Shown here piece after piece: positions 1 through 9,940 of a DNA stretch of 64,000 nt. The translations under genes were made by a program, and so were the position numbers. Origin of the DNA: Syntrophomonadaceae bacterium (GTDB taxonomy: Bacteria > Bacillota > Syntrophomonadia > Syntrophomonadales > DTU052); the NCBI GenBank assembly GCA_012729505.1, contig JAAYDA010000048.1, positions 70,222-134,221 on the forward strand, read 5' to 3'. The notes under the pieces were generated by a model. It made no database searches and was not told the origin of the DNA. It saw only the letters and a list, made by a program, of their open reading frames with translations. Numbering within the stretch: the first letter of the stretch is position 1; each line of letters begins with the position of its first letter.

Positions 1-488
1 ATTATTTCATTCCCCTCAGCAGCTGCCTCATCCGCAACGGCCTCCTGGGAAACAGTCTGAGGTGTTCTTATTGAGATTACATACGCCAAATGTATACGTT
101 GATCCCCGGCTACCAGAACAGGCATTCCTTCATGGAATTCCACCCCATCCACCTGAGCCACCAGGATCTGATCACCATCCAGATATTCCACTTCCTTGTC
201 CAGACAAGCTGTCGCCTGTTGGATATAGGTGATGGAGGATAAGCAGTTTTCCAAAAAAGAAGACATACCTTGAAACTGAGTATTCAGATTCGTCATCTGC
301 TCCAGAGAACTGAAGTTAGCCATCTGCGAAACAAACTCCTGATTCTCCATAGGCTCCAGAGGATCCTGGTACTTTAAAGAAGCGATCAGCAGTTTAAAAA
401 AATCATCTTTCCCCAATTCCTTAGTAGTATCAGTGACCGTATTGCCAGTGTTGGAGTAGGAAGTGCCTGAAACACCATAAACGCTCAT
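1..488 (-). CDS. flgD: flagellar hook capping/assembly protein FlgD (3' end cut by window edge)
   Basis: Absent from the ORF track because it runs off the window. The minus-strand ATG at 488 has GGAGGG 6 nt upstream. Translation gives MSVYGVSGTSYSNTG...KDDFFKLLIASLKYQDPLEPMENQEFVSQMANFSSLEQM, the conserved FlgD N-terminal motif. It follows fliK as in the Bacillus fla/che operon. Confidence 0.8.
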   Translation of the reverse strand, partial: MSVYGVSGTSYSNTGNTVTDTTKELGKDDFFKLLIASLKYQDPLEPMENQEFVSQMANFSSLEQMTNLNTQFQGMSSFLENCLSSITYIQQATACLDKEVEYLDGDQILVAQVDGVEFHEGMPVLVAGDQRIHLAYVISIRTPQTVSQEAVADEAAAEGNEI

Positions 489-500
489 ATGTATCCCTCC

Positions 501-1829
501 TTAAATGAGATAATTAACTGTAGCATCACCCGAGTAGTTAACGGGTGCTTCTTCCTCAGTCCACTCATCCATACTCATTTTGGTCATAATAAGATTTGGT
601 TCATAGCCGGCGGCTGAGTGAAATTGATGTCGGCTTTGGTCACTTTCAGACCAGTCAGAACTGGCAAATCCCCACTCATTTCCCAGGTCTACATTGACCT
701 CTGCCCTTTCCAGGCGGATTCCGCTGGACTCCAATTGCATTCTGAGATTGCCCAAGCCACTTTCAAGCAATTGTTTCGCAAGATGGTTCTCAGTACTAAA
801 GGTAGCCACAATCACATCATCTCTGATCTGAAGATGAATGTGCAGCTTCCCCAGAGATTGGGGCTCCAGCTTGATGGTAACATCTGATGACCTGGAAAGC
901 GGCATATGCTCCATGCTTTTAATCACCTGTTCGATCATCTGTTTACTTGAAATCGGCTTTTGGGAAATAGTCTCCCGATTCAGCAATACCGGTTCAGTAC
1001 CTGATTTACCGGTTGCACCCCAGGCAGCCTCACCTTCAGATATTTTGGTATTGCCTTGAAGGTCTTCCGAGTTTTTCGTTCCTCGCATACGCTCAGATTC
1101 CAAAGAGATCAGTTGGTTAACCTCCATAGCCTTCTGATCCTTGCCCGCATGGTTTTCTATTCCTCCATCAGACCCAGCCTCAGTCCTGGCTTGAGAATCA
1201 ACCCCAGCCTTAATGCTCAATTTTTCAACCAAAGCCTGGTTTGACGGGTTTCCAGTGGTCATGGACCGAATAGCCTGCTTTTGCCCTTTAGGATTTCCCT
1301 TGTCTCTTACCTCCGAAATATTGATTGCACCTTGATTGGAGGACAACGGCTCTGAGCTCTGAGGCATCTTATCCAGTGAACTTCTCCCTTCTCCGGCAGC
1401 ATTTGCCTCTCCGGCTATGCCGTAAACCGAAGCATTAATCAGTTGAGTCTGGTCACTGGAATCCGGCTTCGGTAACACTAACCCTGAGTCAAGCTCTGTG
1501 GGTTCAGTCAAAGTCGGCAGTAAACCTTTCGAATCGAATATTTCCGCCGGTACATTTCCCCCCTCCTCACAATGAGTCTTTATATTACCGGCCTCTTCTT
1601 TTTGCTCAGGAATTTGGTTAAGCAAAAACTGCAGCCCCATTTCCGGCTGAAAAACTGTTTCCATAGAGGCATTTTCCTGGGTTTCCGGCTTGTCCGGCAT
1701 ACTGCCAAAGGATTTCAAGCTGTTTTCGAAATCTGAATTCGAGCAGTTGTTATTTTCCATGTCACCTGATTTGCCCGGTGCTAAGCCCGGCATAGTATTA
1801 GATACTGGTAACAAAACAGCTATCGACAC
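501..1829 (-). CDS. fliK: flagellar hook-length control protein FliK
   Basis: The C-terminal LGKLHIHLQIRDDVIVATFSTENHLAKQLLESGLGNLRMQLESSGIRL fits the FliK/Flg_hook C-terminal domain pattern. The N-terminal two-thirds is long, low-complexity and acidic/Ser/Gln-rich. GTG start with GGGAGGTG SD. Sits between the ylxF-like gene and flgD. Confidence 0.75.
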   Translation of the reverse strand: MSIAVLLPVSNTMPGLAPGKSGDMENNNCSNSDFENSLKSFGSMPDKPETQENASMETVFQPEMGLQFLLNQIPEQKEEAGNIKTHCEEGGNVPAEIFDSKGLLPTLTEPTELDSGLVLPKPDSSDQTQLINASVYGIAGEANAAGEGRSSLDKMPQSSEPLSSNQGAINISEVRDKGNPKGQKQAIRSMTTGNPSNQALVEKLSIKAGVDSQARTEAGSDGGIENHAGKDQKAMEVNQLISLESERMRGTKNSEDLQGNTKISEGEAAWGATGKSGTEPVLLNRETISQKPISSKQMIEQVIKSMEHMPLSRSSDVTIKLEPQSLGKLHIHLQIRDDVIVATFSTENHLAKQLLESGLGNLRMQLESSGIRLERAEVNVDLGNEWGFASSDWSESDQSRHQFHSAAGYEPNLIMTKMSMDEWTEEEAPVNYSGDATVNYLI

Positions 1830-2393
1830 TTATTCACCTCCCTTCTCTGCTGCCATTTTCTGCGTAATCCTCGCGGCCTGCTGAGGGTTCAGCTCCCCCA
1901 AAATGCCTGCGGTCGCATTCATCTCCATTTTCGAAAAAATCTTTATTATTGTGGCATCATCCAGCTCCGTCATTATGGCAGCTGCATTTTTGGCTTTCAT
2001 ATTGCCATAATAACCGGCCAGCTTCTTCAGTCGGTCAGCCTCGGAATCACTCTCCGCCCGGGCACTCTCAAGGGTATCCAATTCCTTTGATAAAGCCGCT
2101 ATTTCAGCCAGCAGTTCTACATTTTCATTTTCCAGCTTAGAAGAAATACTATTGGCAAGAGCTACTTGGGCTTTCATTTCTTCAAGGATCCGTTTATCTT
2201 TTTGGCGCTGGGTTTCGCCTTGTTTTTCCGGCTCAACTTCATCGGTCCGGTTCTTTTCCGCCAGTAATGGGCCAACAACAGGAATCCTCTCTACTACATC
2301 AGGCGGCTTTATTAAATCAAAATACATAACGGCAAACCCCAATCCCATAGCCACCAGAAAGATTCCCATTATTTTTAAAATCTTAATAATCAT
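1830..2393 (-). CDS. YlxF/FlbB-like flagellar operon protein (N-terminal membrane anchor, coiled coil, MgtE-N-like C-terminus)
   Basis: N-terminal TM segment IMGIFLVAMGLGFAVMYF, a Glu/Leu-rich coiled coil, and C-terminal AAAIMTELDDATIIKIFSKM..ATAGILGELNPQQAARI (MgtE intracellular N-domain-like). Occupies the ylxF position between fliJ and fliK. Confidence 0.6.
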   Translation of the reverse strand: MIIKILKIMGIFLVAMGLGFAVMYFDLIKPPDVVERIPVVGPLLAEKNRTDEVEPEKQGETQRQKDKRILEEMKAQVALANSISSKLENENVELLAEIAALSKELDTLESARAESDSEADRLKKLAGYYGNMKAKNAAAIMTELDDATIIKIFSKMEMNATAGILGELNPQQAARITQKMAAEKGGE

Positions 2394-2430
2394 ATAAAAA
2401 ATCGCTCCCGTTAAACCATCTCATAGACCG

Positions 2431-2880
2431 CTAAGATTTTGACTCCCGATTAAAGCCTATTACTGCCGCCTCGTCAATTACTATTTGATCCTGGCGCATG
2501 CACTCTTGGAGAAATTGTTCATAACGCTTATCCTTCAGCTTCTCCAGTGTCTTCTTTTCCTTCACCGCCTGGGATAAATGCAGACGGGTTTCTTCCAGCA
2601 TTGAATAAGCCTGATCAACCACAACCTGCTGACACCGAACCCGATTGGACAAAACCTCCTGATAGTCTTTCAATACCACCATATTGTCAATCGACACCCG
2701 GCAGCCCATAAAATCTCTTGCCTGATCACTCAGATCTGACAGATTCTGAGAACTATTGCAAAGAATTTCAACTTCCCGGTCATAAGCGGATTGTTTTTCT
2801 TTAAACTCCTGTTTAGCCAGCTTTTCTTTCCAAGTGATTACATTAAATGGTGTTTGCAGCCTGAAGGCGAAGTTCTTCAT
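2431..2880 (-). CDS. fliJ: flagellar export chaperone FliJ
   Basis: 149-aa predicted coiled-coil protein beginning MKNFAFRLQ, immediately downstream of fliI. Size and position are typical of FliJ. Confidence 0.65.
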   Translation of the reverse strand: MKNFAFRLQTPFNVITWKEKLAKQEFKEKQSAYDREVEILCNSSQNLSDLSDQARDFMGCRVSIDNMVVLKDYQEVLSNRVRCQQVVVDQAYSMLEETRLHLSQAVKEKKTLEKLKDKRYEQFLQECMRQDQIVIDEAAVIGFNRESKS

Positions 2881-2890
2881 TTATTCCTCC

Positions 2891-4228
2891 TCATGCAATC
2901 GAGCCAGCTAATTGCTGGATAGTCTGATCATAAGATACGTTTTCATTGATTTCCTGCCGTAAGAATTGGTTACAGGGTGCAATATATTTCAGAGCCTCAT
3001 CAATGCCGGGATTGGAACCATTTTTATATGCTCCGATATCAACTAAATCCTTCGCATCTTTATACGTTGCCAGGATACTGCGGAACCGGGCCGCCAAACC
3101 CAGATGCTCTTCAGATACTATTTCATTCATAAGCCGGCTGACACTTTGCAAGACATCAATTGCAGGATATCTGTTTAATGCAGCCATTTCGCGACTGAGA
3201 ACAATATGGCCGTCAACAATGCCTCTTACGGCATCAGTTATTGGCTCATTCATGTCGTCCCCTTCCACCAGAACCGCATATAAACCGGTTATGCTTCCAA
3301 GTGATGAAGTGCCCGCCCTTTCCAGCAGTTTGGGGAGCTGAGCAAATACCGACGGAGTAAACCCCCGGGTCGTGGGAGGCTCACCTATGGCCAATCCCAC
3401 TTCTCGCTGTGCCAATGCAAACCGGGTGATGGAATCCATCAGCATCAATACATCAAGGCCCTGATCCCGGAAATACTCCGCAATAGAAGTGGCCAAAAAA
3501 GCCCCTTTTATTCTAATCAAAGCCGGTTGATCCGAAGTCACTACGATTATTACTGATCGCTTTAACCCTTCTTCTCCCAGGTCCTTTTCTAAAAAATCCC
3601 TGACTTCACGGCCACGTTCCCCAATCAGAGCAATTACATTTATATCAGCCGACGTATTGCGGGCAATCATTCCCATCAAAGTGCTCTTTCCCACTCCGCT
3701 GCCAGCCATTATACCCACTCTCTGTCCTTTCCCCAGGGTGATCAGGCCATCGATAGCTTTGACCCCCAGAGATAGAGCATCTACTATTCTGGTTCTATCC
3801 AGCGGATTTGGCGGTGAATTCATAACCGGATACTCTCTTTCGACATGTAAAGGACCCAAATTATCCATTGGGCGGCCTAAGCCATCAAGAACCCGACCTC
3901 TCAAGCCTAAGCCTACCGGCACAGTTAATCTTTTTCCGGTAGCTGTTATCTCACAACCGGGACCGATTCCATCCAGCTCACCCAATGGCATCAGTAAAGT
4001 CCGGTTATCTCTAAAACCGACGATTTCAGCATATAGTTCATAATCACTGTCCGCATCGGGCTTAATGTGACACAATTCACCCAAGCTTGCTCTGGGACCG
4101 ATAGATTCGATCGTCAACCCTACTATCTGAGAGATACGGCCTTTTTGCTGCCAAATTTGGGTTTTGGCCAGTATGTCCTCATACTTTTCCAGAATTGTCC
4201 CCAGCTCATTCACAGATAACCGGATCAC
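2891..4228 (-). CDS. fliI: flagellum-specific ATPase FliI
   Basis: Walker A GSGVGKST, Walker B-like VLMLMDSITRFA, and overall F1-beta/T3SS-ATPase layout. Its 5' end overlaps the fliH 3' end. Confidence 0.95.
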   Translation of the reverse strand: MIRLSVNELGTILEKYEDILAKTQIWQQKGRISQIVGLTIESIGPRASLGELCHIKPDADSDYELYAEIVGFRDNRTLLMPLGELDGIGPGCEITATGKRLTVPVGLGLRGRVLDGLGRPMDNLGPLHVEREYPVMNSPPNPLDRTRIVDALSLGVKAIDGLITLGKGQRVGIMAGSGVGKSTLMGMIARNTSADINVIALIGERGREVRDFLEKDLGEEGLKRSVIIVVTSDQPALIRIKGAFLATSIAEYFRDQGLDVLMLMDSITRFALAQREVGLAIGEPPTTRGFTPSVFAQLPKLLERAGTSSLGSITGLYAVLVEGDDMNEPITDAVRGIVDGHIVLSREMAALNRYPAIDVLQSVSRLMNEIVSEEHLGLAARFRSILATYKDAKDLVDIGAYKNGSNPGIDEALKYIAPCNQFLRQEINENVSYDQTIQQLAGSIA

Positions 4229-5000
4229 GCTCTACCCCTTCCAACAAAGCATTCTCAATTGCCGTAATTCTGGTTTCCAATCTGGCATCGACAATGCCCA
4301 AATCGGAGTCTATTATGCAGCCCCCGTCAGTTATCCTGCTATCACTCTTAATCTGCAGCTTGCCTCCGCTTTGACCCAGCTGATTACGAGCTGATTCTTC
4401 TGCCAGAAACTCGAAATCCCTGGAACTGACAAATATCTTAAATGCTTCACTATCGCCAAGCTGCTCCATAATTTTACTTACAATGTTTTTAGTAATATCG
4501 GGAATTTCCGTTATTTCCTTATCAACAATTTTTTTTGCAATAGCCAATGCCATTTTTACAATGATTTCTTCACTGGTATTAATAATTTTCAGCCTTTCCA
4601 GCTGCGCCTCTTCCAGAATTCTGATATTCTCTTCTCTCATCTGGTCCATCTCGGCTTGTTTCTCCAGTACCGCTTTGGCTATACCTTCCTGATAACCTTG
4701 TTCTAACGCATCCTCTCGAACAGATACAGCTTCTTCCGCTGCTGAAGCTTCAATTAACCCGGCAGCTTCTTTGGCCTCTGTAATTATTTTATGAGCTTCC
4801 TCACGAGCCTTTTCCAATATATCCAGGGCCATTGTTTCAGTATCCTGCAAAATACCATTGGCCTCTTCTCGCGCTCTCAGTAAAATTGCTTCATCGTCTA
4901 TCGGCATATAATCCTTATAAGTAACCTCGAGCTTGGGTGATCTTTTCATCGAGAAAGGTTCGGCAATAACCGTCTGATCGGATTTAACAATGTTAGACAA
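4206..5000 (-). CDS. fliH: flagellar assembly protein FliH
   Basis: Glu/Ala-rich helical N-half and a FliH-type C-terminal domain. Lies between fliG and fliI with overlaps at both ends. Confidence 0.7.
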   Translation of the reverse strand: MSNIVKSDQTVIAEPFSMKRSPKLEVTYKDYMPIDDEAILLRAREEANGILQDTETMALDILEKAREEAHKIITEAKEAAGLIEASAAEEAVSVREDALEQGYQEGIAKAVLEKQAEMDQMREENIRILEEAQLERLKIINTSEEIIVKMALAIAKKIVDKEITEIPDITKNIVSKIMEQLGDSEAFKIFVSSRDFEFLAEESARNQLGQSGGKLQIKSDSRITDGGCIIDSDLGIVDARLETRITAIENALLEGVERDPVICE

Positions 5001-6003
5001 TTATTTCGTCCCCCCCCCCTCTAGCTACCACTATTTCTCCGCTATCTTCAAGCCTTCTTATAATATTCACAATGCGCTGCTGAGCCTCTTGAACATCACG
5101 CAGCCGCACCGGGCCCATAAACTGAATATCCTCCTCCAGCATCTCTGAAGCCCGTTTGGACATATTGGCGAAAACTTTGTTAGAAACATCTTCACTGGCA
5201 CCCTTCAAGGCCAAGCCTAGGTCGTGATTTTCTACTTCACGCAATACTCTTTGAATTGAACGATCGTCCAACTGAATCAAATCTTCAAATACAAACATCA
5301 ACTTCTTGATAGATTCAGCCAGCTCAGGATCTTCCACTTCCAGTGCATCCAGGATCGTCTTTTCAGTACCTCGATCCACCCGGTTAAGGATTTCAACTAC
5401 TGACTTTACTCCGCCGGCAGATGAAACTTCTTGGGGAGTAACCGATGACAGTTTTCTTTCTAATACCCGCTCCACCTCTTTGATCACTTCGGGTGAAGTA
5501 TTATCCATAAGAGCAATTCTTCGCGCTACCTCAACCTGACGCTCCGGAGCGAGAGCGGAAAGAATTATTGAGGACTTATTTGAATCTAAGTACGCCAGAA
5601 TCATTGCTATCGTCTGAGGATGTTCGTTTTGAATAAAGCTCAGCACTTGAGCCGGTTCTGTTTTCCTGACAAAATCAAAGGGCCGGACTTGAAGAGAAGC
5701 CGAAATACGATTAATGATATCCATAGCTTTTTCATGACCCAAGGCTTTTTCCAGGACTTCGGTAGCATAAGCTATCCCACCCTGAGATATATATTGATTT
5801 GCCAGACACATCTGGTAGAACTCCGCCATGATTTCATTGGCATGTTCCGAAGATGTCCGGCGAACATTGGCAATCTCCAAAGTAACCTGTTCAAGCTCCT
5901 CTTCCTGCAAGTGCCTGAATATCTTAGACGAATTCTCAGGGCCAAGTGAAATCAGAAGATGGGCAGCTTTTTGTCGACCTGTCATACGTTTGTTAATAGC
6001 CAT
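4993..6003 (-). CDS. fliG: flagellar motor switch protein FliG
   Basis: 336 aa. N-terminal RKAAHLLISLG and C-terminal torque-helix region (MSKRASEMLEEDI...VRLRDVQEAQQRIV) are typical FliG. Confidence 0.95.
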   Translation of the reverse strand: MAINKRMTGRQKAAHLLISLGPENSSKIFRHLQEEELEQVTLEIANVRRTSSEHANEIMAEFYQMCLANQYISQGGIAYATEVLEKALGHEKAMDIINRISASLQVRPFDFVRKTEPAQVLSFIQNEHPQTIAMILAYLDSNKSSIILSALAPERQVEVARRIALMDNTSPEVIKEVERVLERKLSSVTPQEVSSAGGVKSVVEILNRVDRGTEKTILDALEVEDPELAESIKKLMFVFEDLIQLDDRSIQRVLREVENHDLGLALKGASEDVSNKVFANMSKRASEMLEEDIQFMGPVRLRDVQEAQQRIVNIIRRLEDSGEIVVARGGGDEIIV

Positions 6004-6012
6004 ATTCTTTGA

Positions 6013-7596
6013 TCACTCCTCAAGAAGCCATGTTCTCATTAAGTTGGCCATATCCTCAGGATTGGAATCAATTAGTTTCTCAACTTCCTCACGCATTCTT
6101 CTTCTCTCTTTTTCCTCTTCCGATATTTCCATTTCGCTAATAGCCTGATAATCTATCTCATCATTTACCAGCTTATCAAATCCCGAATTTTCTTCTTTTC
6201 TTCCGGCTAACATTTTCCACACCACAAAAGCCAATACTAAGCCTAATAGTATTACTGCAATCAGCCATACATATTTGGATAACAGGTCCATAATCGAAAC
6301 AGCAGCCACCAACGGCTCTGCCGGCTCATTGAACATCATACTGGTGACAGTAACATTATGATCCAGTGAATCTGCATTGTTGCGATTAATGCCCACCGCC
6401 GTTTCCACTAACTGCTCAATCTCGTCCTTTTGCTGCTGACTTAATTCTTTGTCAATCAGAACAGCCACGGTAATTCTTTTTAGAGTACCCGGAGCAAACC
6501 GCTGTAAGACTTCTTCTTTGTCAATCTCCCAATTAGTTATGCGTTCACTGCGCTGGGATGAGCTAGTTGTACTGCCTTCAGTATTCTCTTGATAAGTTGG
6601 AATGTTGGTCTCTGTTCCAGGCACTCCTCCGGCTGACTGCCCGGTTTCAGTTGAACTTTCTTCAGTCTCTTTTTCACTGCGGGGAAAAGTAACGGGAGTT
6701 TCTTTATCTTGAATCGGTGCGTAGATTTCCATACGACTTTCCCGCTCATCAAAATTCAGAACCGCACTTATTCTGACTACGACTTTGTTTTCTCCTACCA
6801 GGCGTTCAAGCATTGACTGAACAGAAGTCTGCAATTCCCTTTCGTACTGGCGCTGCAGCGCCATTTGGGCCTGGGTCAATTCTATGTATCCTGAATTTGT
6901 TCCCATCTCACCCAAACCTGTAGACAGAAGATTGCCCTTGGTATCAACTACAGTGACATTTTCCACTTCCAAACCTTCGACACTATTGGCCACCAGATGC
7001 ACAATGCCCTGAATCTCTTTTGCAGATAAAGAAGTATTGGCCTTATTCTTAATTAGCACTGAAGCGGTGGCGATCTCTTGATTTGCTGCATAAAGACTGT
7101 CTTCAGGGATTACCAAGTTTACTTTGGCAAACTCGATTTTGTCCATACTTTGAATAGTGTTGGTCAACTCACCCTGGAGTGCAACCTGATATTTAATTCT
7201 TTTATCAGTTTCGGTTTCTCCAAAACTTGTCTCATTAAAAATTTCAAATCCTGCCGCACCTTGAGGCAAGCCGGCCGCTGCCAGCTCTAAGCGGGTGGAG
7301 TACTTTGACTCCGACGGAACCAGGATTGAGGTCCCTCCATCATCTAATTTATATGGAATATTCAATTCTTGAAGCTTAGCCGTCATAGCAGCGGCATCAT
7401 TAACACCCAGATTAGTAAACAATGGTTCATAATCTGTAGTGAATAGGGCTGACAAAGATACAAAAACTGTTGCAACAATTAGTATTGCCGCACCGATCGT
7501 CAATACCTTCTTATTCAGGTTAAGACTTTCCCACGCTTTCGGAATACCAAGTATTCTTTCTTTCAACCCTGCAAGAAACTCCATAATCATCTCCAT
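6013..7596 (-). CDS. fliF: flagellar M-ring protein FliF
   Basis: N-terminal TM (LTIGAAILIVATVFVSL) and C-terminal TM (VWLIAVILLGLVLAFVVW) flank a YscJ/FliF periplasmic region. The exact start among several N-terminal Met codons is uncertain. Confidence 0.9.
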   Translation of the reverse strand: MEMIMEFLAGLKERILGIPKAWESLNLNKKVLTIGAAILIVATVFVSLSALFTTDYEPLFTNLGVNDAAAMTAKLQELNIPYKLDDGGTSILVPSESKYSTRLELAAAGLPQGAAGFEIFNETSFGETETDKRIKYQVALQGELTNTIQSMDKIEFAKVNLVIPEDSLYAANQEIATASVLIKNKANTSLSAKEIQGIVHLVANSVEGLEVENVTVVDTKGNLLSTGLGEMGTNSGYIELTQAQMALQRQYERELQTSVQSMLERLVGENKVVVRISAVLNFDERESRMEIYAPIQDKETPVTFPRSEKETEESSTETGQSAGGVPGTETNIPTYQENTEGSTTSSSQRSERITNWEIDKEEVLQRFAPGTLKRITVAVLIDKELSQQQKDEIEQLVETAVGINRNNADSLDHNVTVTSMMFNEPAEPLVAAVSIMDLLSKYVWLIAVILLGLVLAFVVWKMLAGRKEENSGFDKLVNDEIDYQAISEMEISEEEKERRRMREEVEKLIDSNPEDMANLMRTWLLEE

Positions 7597-7603
7597 AAGC
7601 CAT

Positions 7604-7927
7604 TTAGATTTGAATCCGCATTATTTCCTGATAGGCTTCCACCATTTTATTTCTGATCTGAATAGTAAGGTCAAGTGCCATATAAGCCTTTTCATAAGCT
7701 ATCATTACTTGGTGCATCTGCGCCGAATCTCCCACAGCCATAGACGCGCCGGCTATCCGAGCCTCAGTTTGGGTTGATTCCACTTGGTCCAAGGCATCTT
7801 TCAGAAAACTGGAAAAAGAAATACTATCACTCACCTGGACATCAGGTGCTCCGACATTAAACCAACTTTGATCAACAATGGCATCAATCTTCAAGCTGCT
7901 ATTCCCCCCTTCTTTCGCCGACGACAT
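7604..7927 (-). CDS. fliE: flagellar hook-basal body complex protein FliE
   Basis: 107 aa. The C-terminal MIAYEKAYMALDLTIQIRNKMVEAYQEIMRIQI is FliE-like. Sits between flgC and fliF. Confidence 0.8.
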   Translation of the reverse strand: MSSAKEGGNSSLKIDAIVDQSWFNVGAPDVQVSDSISFSSFLKDALDQVESTQTEARIAGASMAVGDSAQMHQVMIAYEKAYMALDLTIQIRNKMVEAYQEIMRIQI

Positions 7928-7940
7928 TCATTAATACAAT

Positions 7941-8378
7941 TTACTTGCCAATTTCAATTGCCTTCATAGTCATTCGTTTAATGGAATCAAGAGCGGTGAT
8001 ATTGGCCTCGTAAGCACGAGAAGCCGAAATCATATCCGTCATCTCCGCAACTAAATTTACATTTGGATATGAAACATATCCACTTTCGTCGGCATCAGGA
8101 TGAGAGGGCTCATAAACCTGACGCAAAGGGGATTCATCTTGTATTATGGACTTTACACTTACCCCCCCCGAACCTTCAAGCTCCCCCTGAAGAATCTTGG
8201 CAAAATCCCGGGAACTGGAGCGGGATTCAAATACCACTACCTGACGGCGAAAAGGTCCGCCTCCTTCGGATCTGGTAGTATTCACATTGGCCAGGTTATT
8301 GGCGATAACGTCCATCCTGAGACGCTGTGCTGTTAACCCTGATGCACATGCATCAATACCGCTGTTAAGCAATCCCAT
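7941..8378 (-). CDS. flgC: flagellar basal-body rod protein FlgC
   Basis: N-terminal rod motif LTAQRLRMDVIANNLANVNTTR and C-terminal SRAYEANITAL. Confidence 0.9.
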   Translation of the reverse strand: MGLLNSGIDACASGLTAQRLRMDVIANNLANVNTTRSEGGGPFRRQVVVFESRSSSRDFAKILQGELEGSGGVSVKSIIQDESPLRQVYEPSHPDADESGYVSYPNVNLVAEMTDMISASRAYEANITALDSIKRMTMKAIEIGK

Positions 8379-8382
8379 TCAT

Positions 8383-8805
8383 TTAACCCCCTTGTCGTAT
8401 GGCTAATTTAAGCAGATTGAACTCATCATTAAGACTTCTCGCCACTGCATCGAAATAGATCTCATTACTGGCGAGTTTGGCAATTTCTCTGTCAATATCC
8501 ACGTTATTGCCATCATTGCGCAGTGCGGTTGCGGTGTCGGTGAAAACCCGGGGAGTAAATGTATCCGGGCGAACCGATTCAGGAATCTGCATATGACGAG
8601 AATTAGTAGTTCTCAGCTCCAGGGTGGCGCCAACCCCTTTAGAGGCGTTGCGCAGTTCATCAGCAAATGAAACTTCAGAAGCTTTGTATCCGGGAGTACT
8701 TATGTTAGCAATATTGTTAGCGATTGCTTCCTGTCGTAAAACCGCACCATCCATTGCATTCTCAAACAGTCGCATATTAGCATTCGTCAAGATTCTATTG
8801 AACAT
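8383..8805 (-). CDS. flgB: flagellar basal-body rod protein FlgB
   Basis: N-terminal LRQEAIANNIANISTPGYK rod motif. First gene of the operon, with a GGAGG SD upstream. Confidence 0.9.
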   Translation of the reverse strand: MFNRILTNANMRLFENAMDGAVLRQEAIANNIANISTPGYKASEVSFADELRNASKGVGATLELRTTNSRHMQIPESVRPDTFTPRVFTDTATALRNDGNNVDIDREIAKLASNEIYFDAVARSLNDEFNLLKLAIRQGG

Positions 8806-8840
8806 GGTTGATTTTACCTCCTTAGATTCAAATTGATTCT

Positions 8841-8869
8841 ATAATATAAGTCAAAAGTCCTGCTAAGAA
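8841..8869 (-). promoter_or_regulatory. candidate sigma-A-type promoter for flgB operon (TTCTTA-N17-TATTAT)
   Basis: Read by eye on the minus strand in an AT-rich 335-nt intergenic region. The -35 is weak and other alignments are possible. Confidence 0.3.
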
Positions 8870-8893
8870 TTAAAAAAATTTAATAAATAAAAT

Positions 8894-8910
8894 AATTTTC
8901 TTAAAAAATT
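8894..8910. promoter_or_regulatory. CodY-box-like palindrome AATTTTCTTAAAAAATT
   Basis: Resembles the published CodY consensus AATTTTCWGAAAATT with about 3 mismatches. Lies about 90 nt upstream of flgB. In B. subtilis CodY is reported to bind the fla/che promoter region. Confidence 0.25.
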
Positions 8911-9066
8911 AGTAAAAAGAGCTCACAAATAATGATCTTTAGCGGTAAAAAAGGCCTATAATACAGACTTTAGTCAGGGGTCCTATCTTTCGAGCGAATT
9001 GTAAAATAAATTTAAAAGATCAACTTCTTTTTCAGCTTGATTGAGATTAATTGATTTGGGACCAAT

Positions 9067-9092
9067 AAAAAAACCCCCAAATTATTTGGAGG
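9067..9092 (-). terminator. rho-independent terminator after codY
   Basis: Minus-strand RNA CCUCCAAA-UAA-UUUGGGGG followed by U7. The single non-Watson-Crick position is a U-G wobble only on the minus strand. Confidence 0.7.
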
Positions 9093-9140
9093 TTAGTTCA
9101 TTAAGATATCAAATAGATATTAAGTTGGACCGAGCCATTA

Positions 9141-9929
9141 TTATCGCTTTTCGAGTTCTTCGAAAAGGTTTTCATTCAAGACTTTTATATATGTGCCTTT
9201 CATTCCCAAAGATCTGGATTCAATTACTCCGGCACTTTCAAACTTCCTTAGAGCACTAACGATTACCGATCTTGTTATTCCTACTTTGTCGGCAATACGG
9301 CTGGCTACAACAAACCCTTCATTACCCTCCAGCTCGGCCATAATATGATCAATGGCTTCACGTTCGGAGTAGGAAAGAGTTGCTACGGCTACCTGGACAG
9401 AAGCTTTGTTGCGAGCTTCTTCTTCAACCCGTTCGCTTCTGATTCTCATCATCTCGTTAGCAACTACGGTAGCACCATATTCGGCAAGAATAATATCTTC
9501 TTCCTCAAACTGCCCAACAGATTTCACCAAAAGAAATGACCCCATCCGACCGGCCCCACCGAAAATAGGTACAATAGCGGCCAGTCTTTCTTTTTCACTG
9601 CAGCAACCGTTTTCCGCATTGAAAACACACTGGCCCGAAGGAATCGGAATATTTACTTCAGTCTCCTCGGCCTGCAGCAGATTTTGATCAAATGAACTGG
9701 GAAACCGCTCCGTAAAAGAAACTACCGATTCAATATCGTCACATTCCTCACCTGGGACAAATGCCCATCCCAAAAGTTTCCCTCGGCGGCCCAGAATATA
9801 AACGTTACACTCCAGGTTGTCTGTCATCATTTGCGCCGCACCATCATAATCCGGTTTCTTTTCATGGACCGGAATTTGACGCATCATTTTGTTTAACGCT
9901 CTCGACTTTTCCAATAGACTTTTCCCCAT
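9141..9929 (-). CDS. codY: GTP/BCAA-sensing global regulator CodY
   Basis: 262 aa with the C-terminal wHTH signature ASRIADKVGITRSVIVSALRKFESAGVIESRSLGMKGTYIKVLN. Lies downstream of hslVU as in Bacillus. Confidence 0.95.
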   Translation of the reverse strand: MGKSLLEKSRALNKMMRQIPVHEKKPDYDGAAQMMTDNLECNVYILGRRGKLLGWAFVPGEECDDIESVVSFTERFPSSFDQNLLQAEETEVNIPIPSGQCVFNAENGCCSEKERLAAIVPIFGGAGRMGSFLLVKSVGQFEEEDIILAEYGATVVANEMMRIRSERVEEEARNKASVQVAVATLSYSEREAIDHIMAELEGNEGFVVASRIADKVGITRSVIVSALRKFESAGVIESRSLGMKGTYIKVLNENLFEELEKR

Positions 9930-9940
9930 ATTTCTACCCC

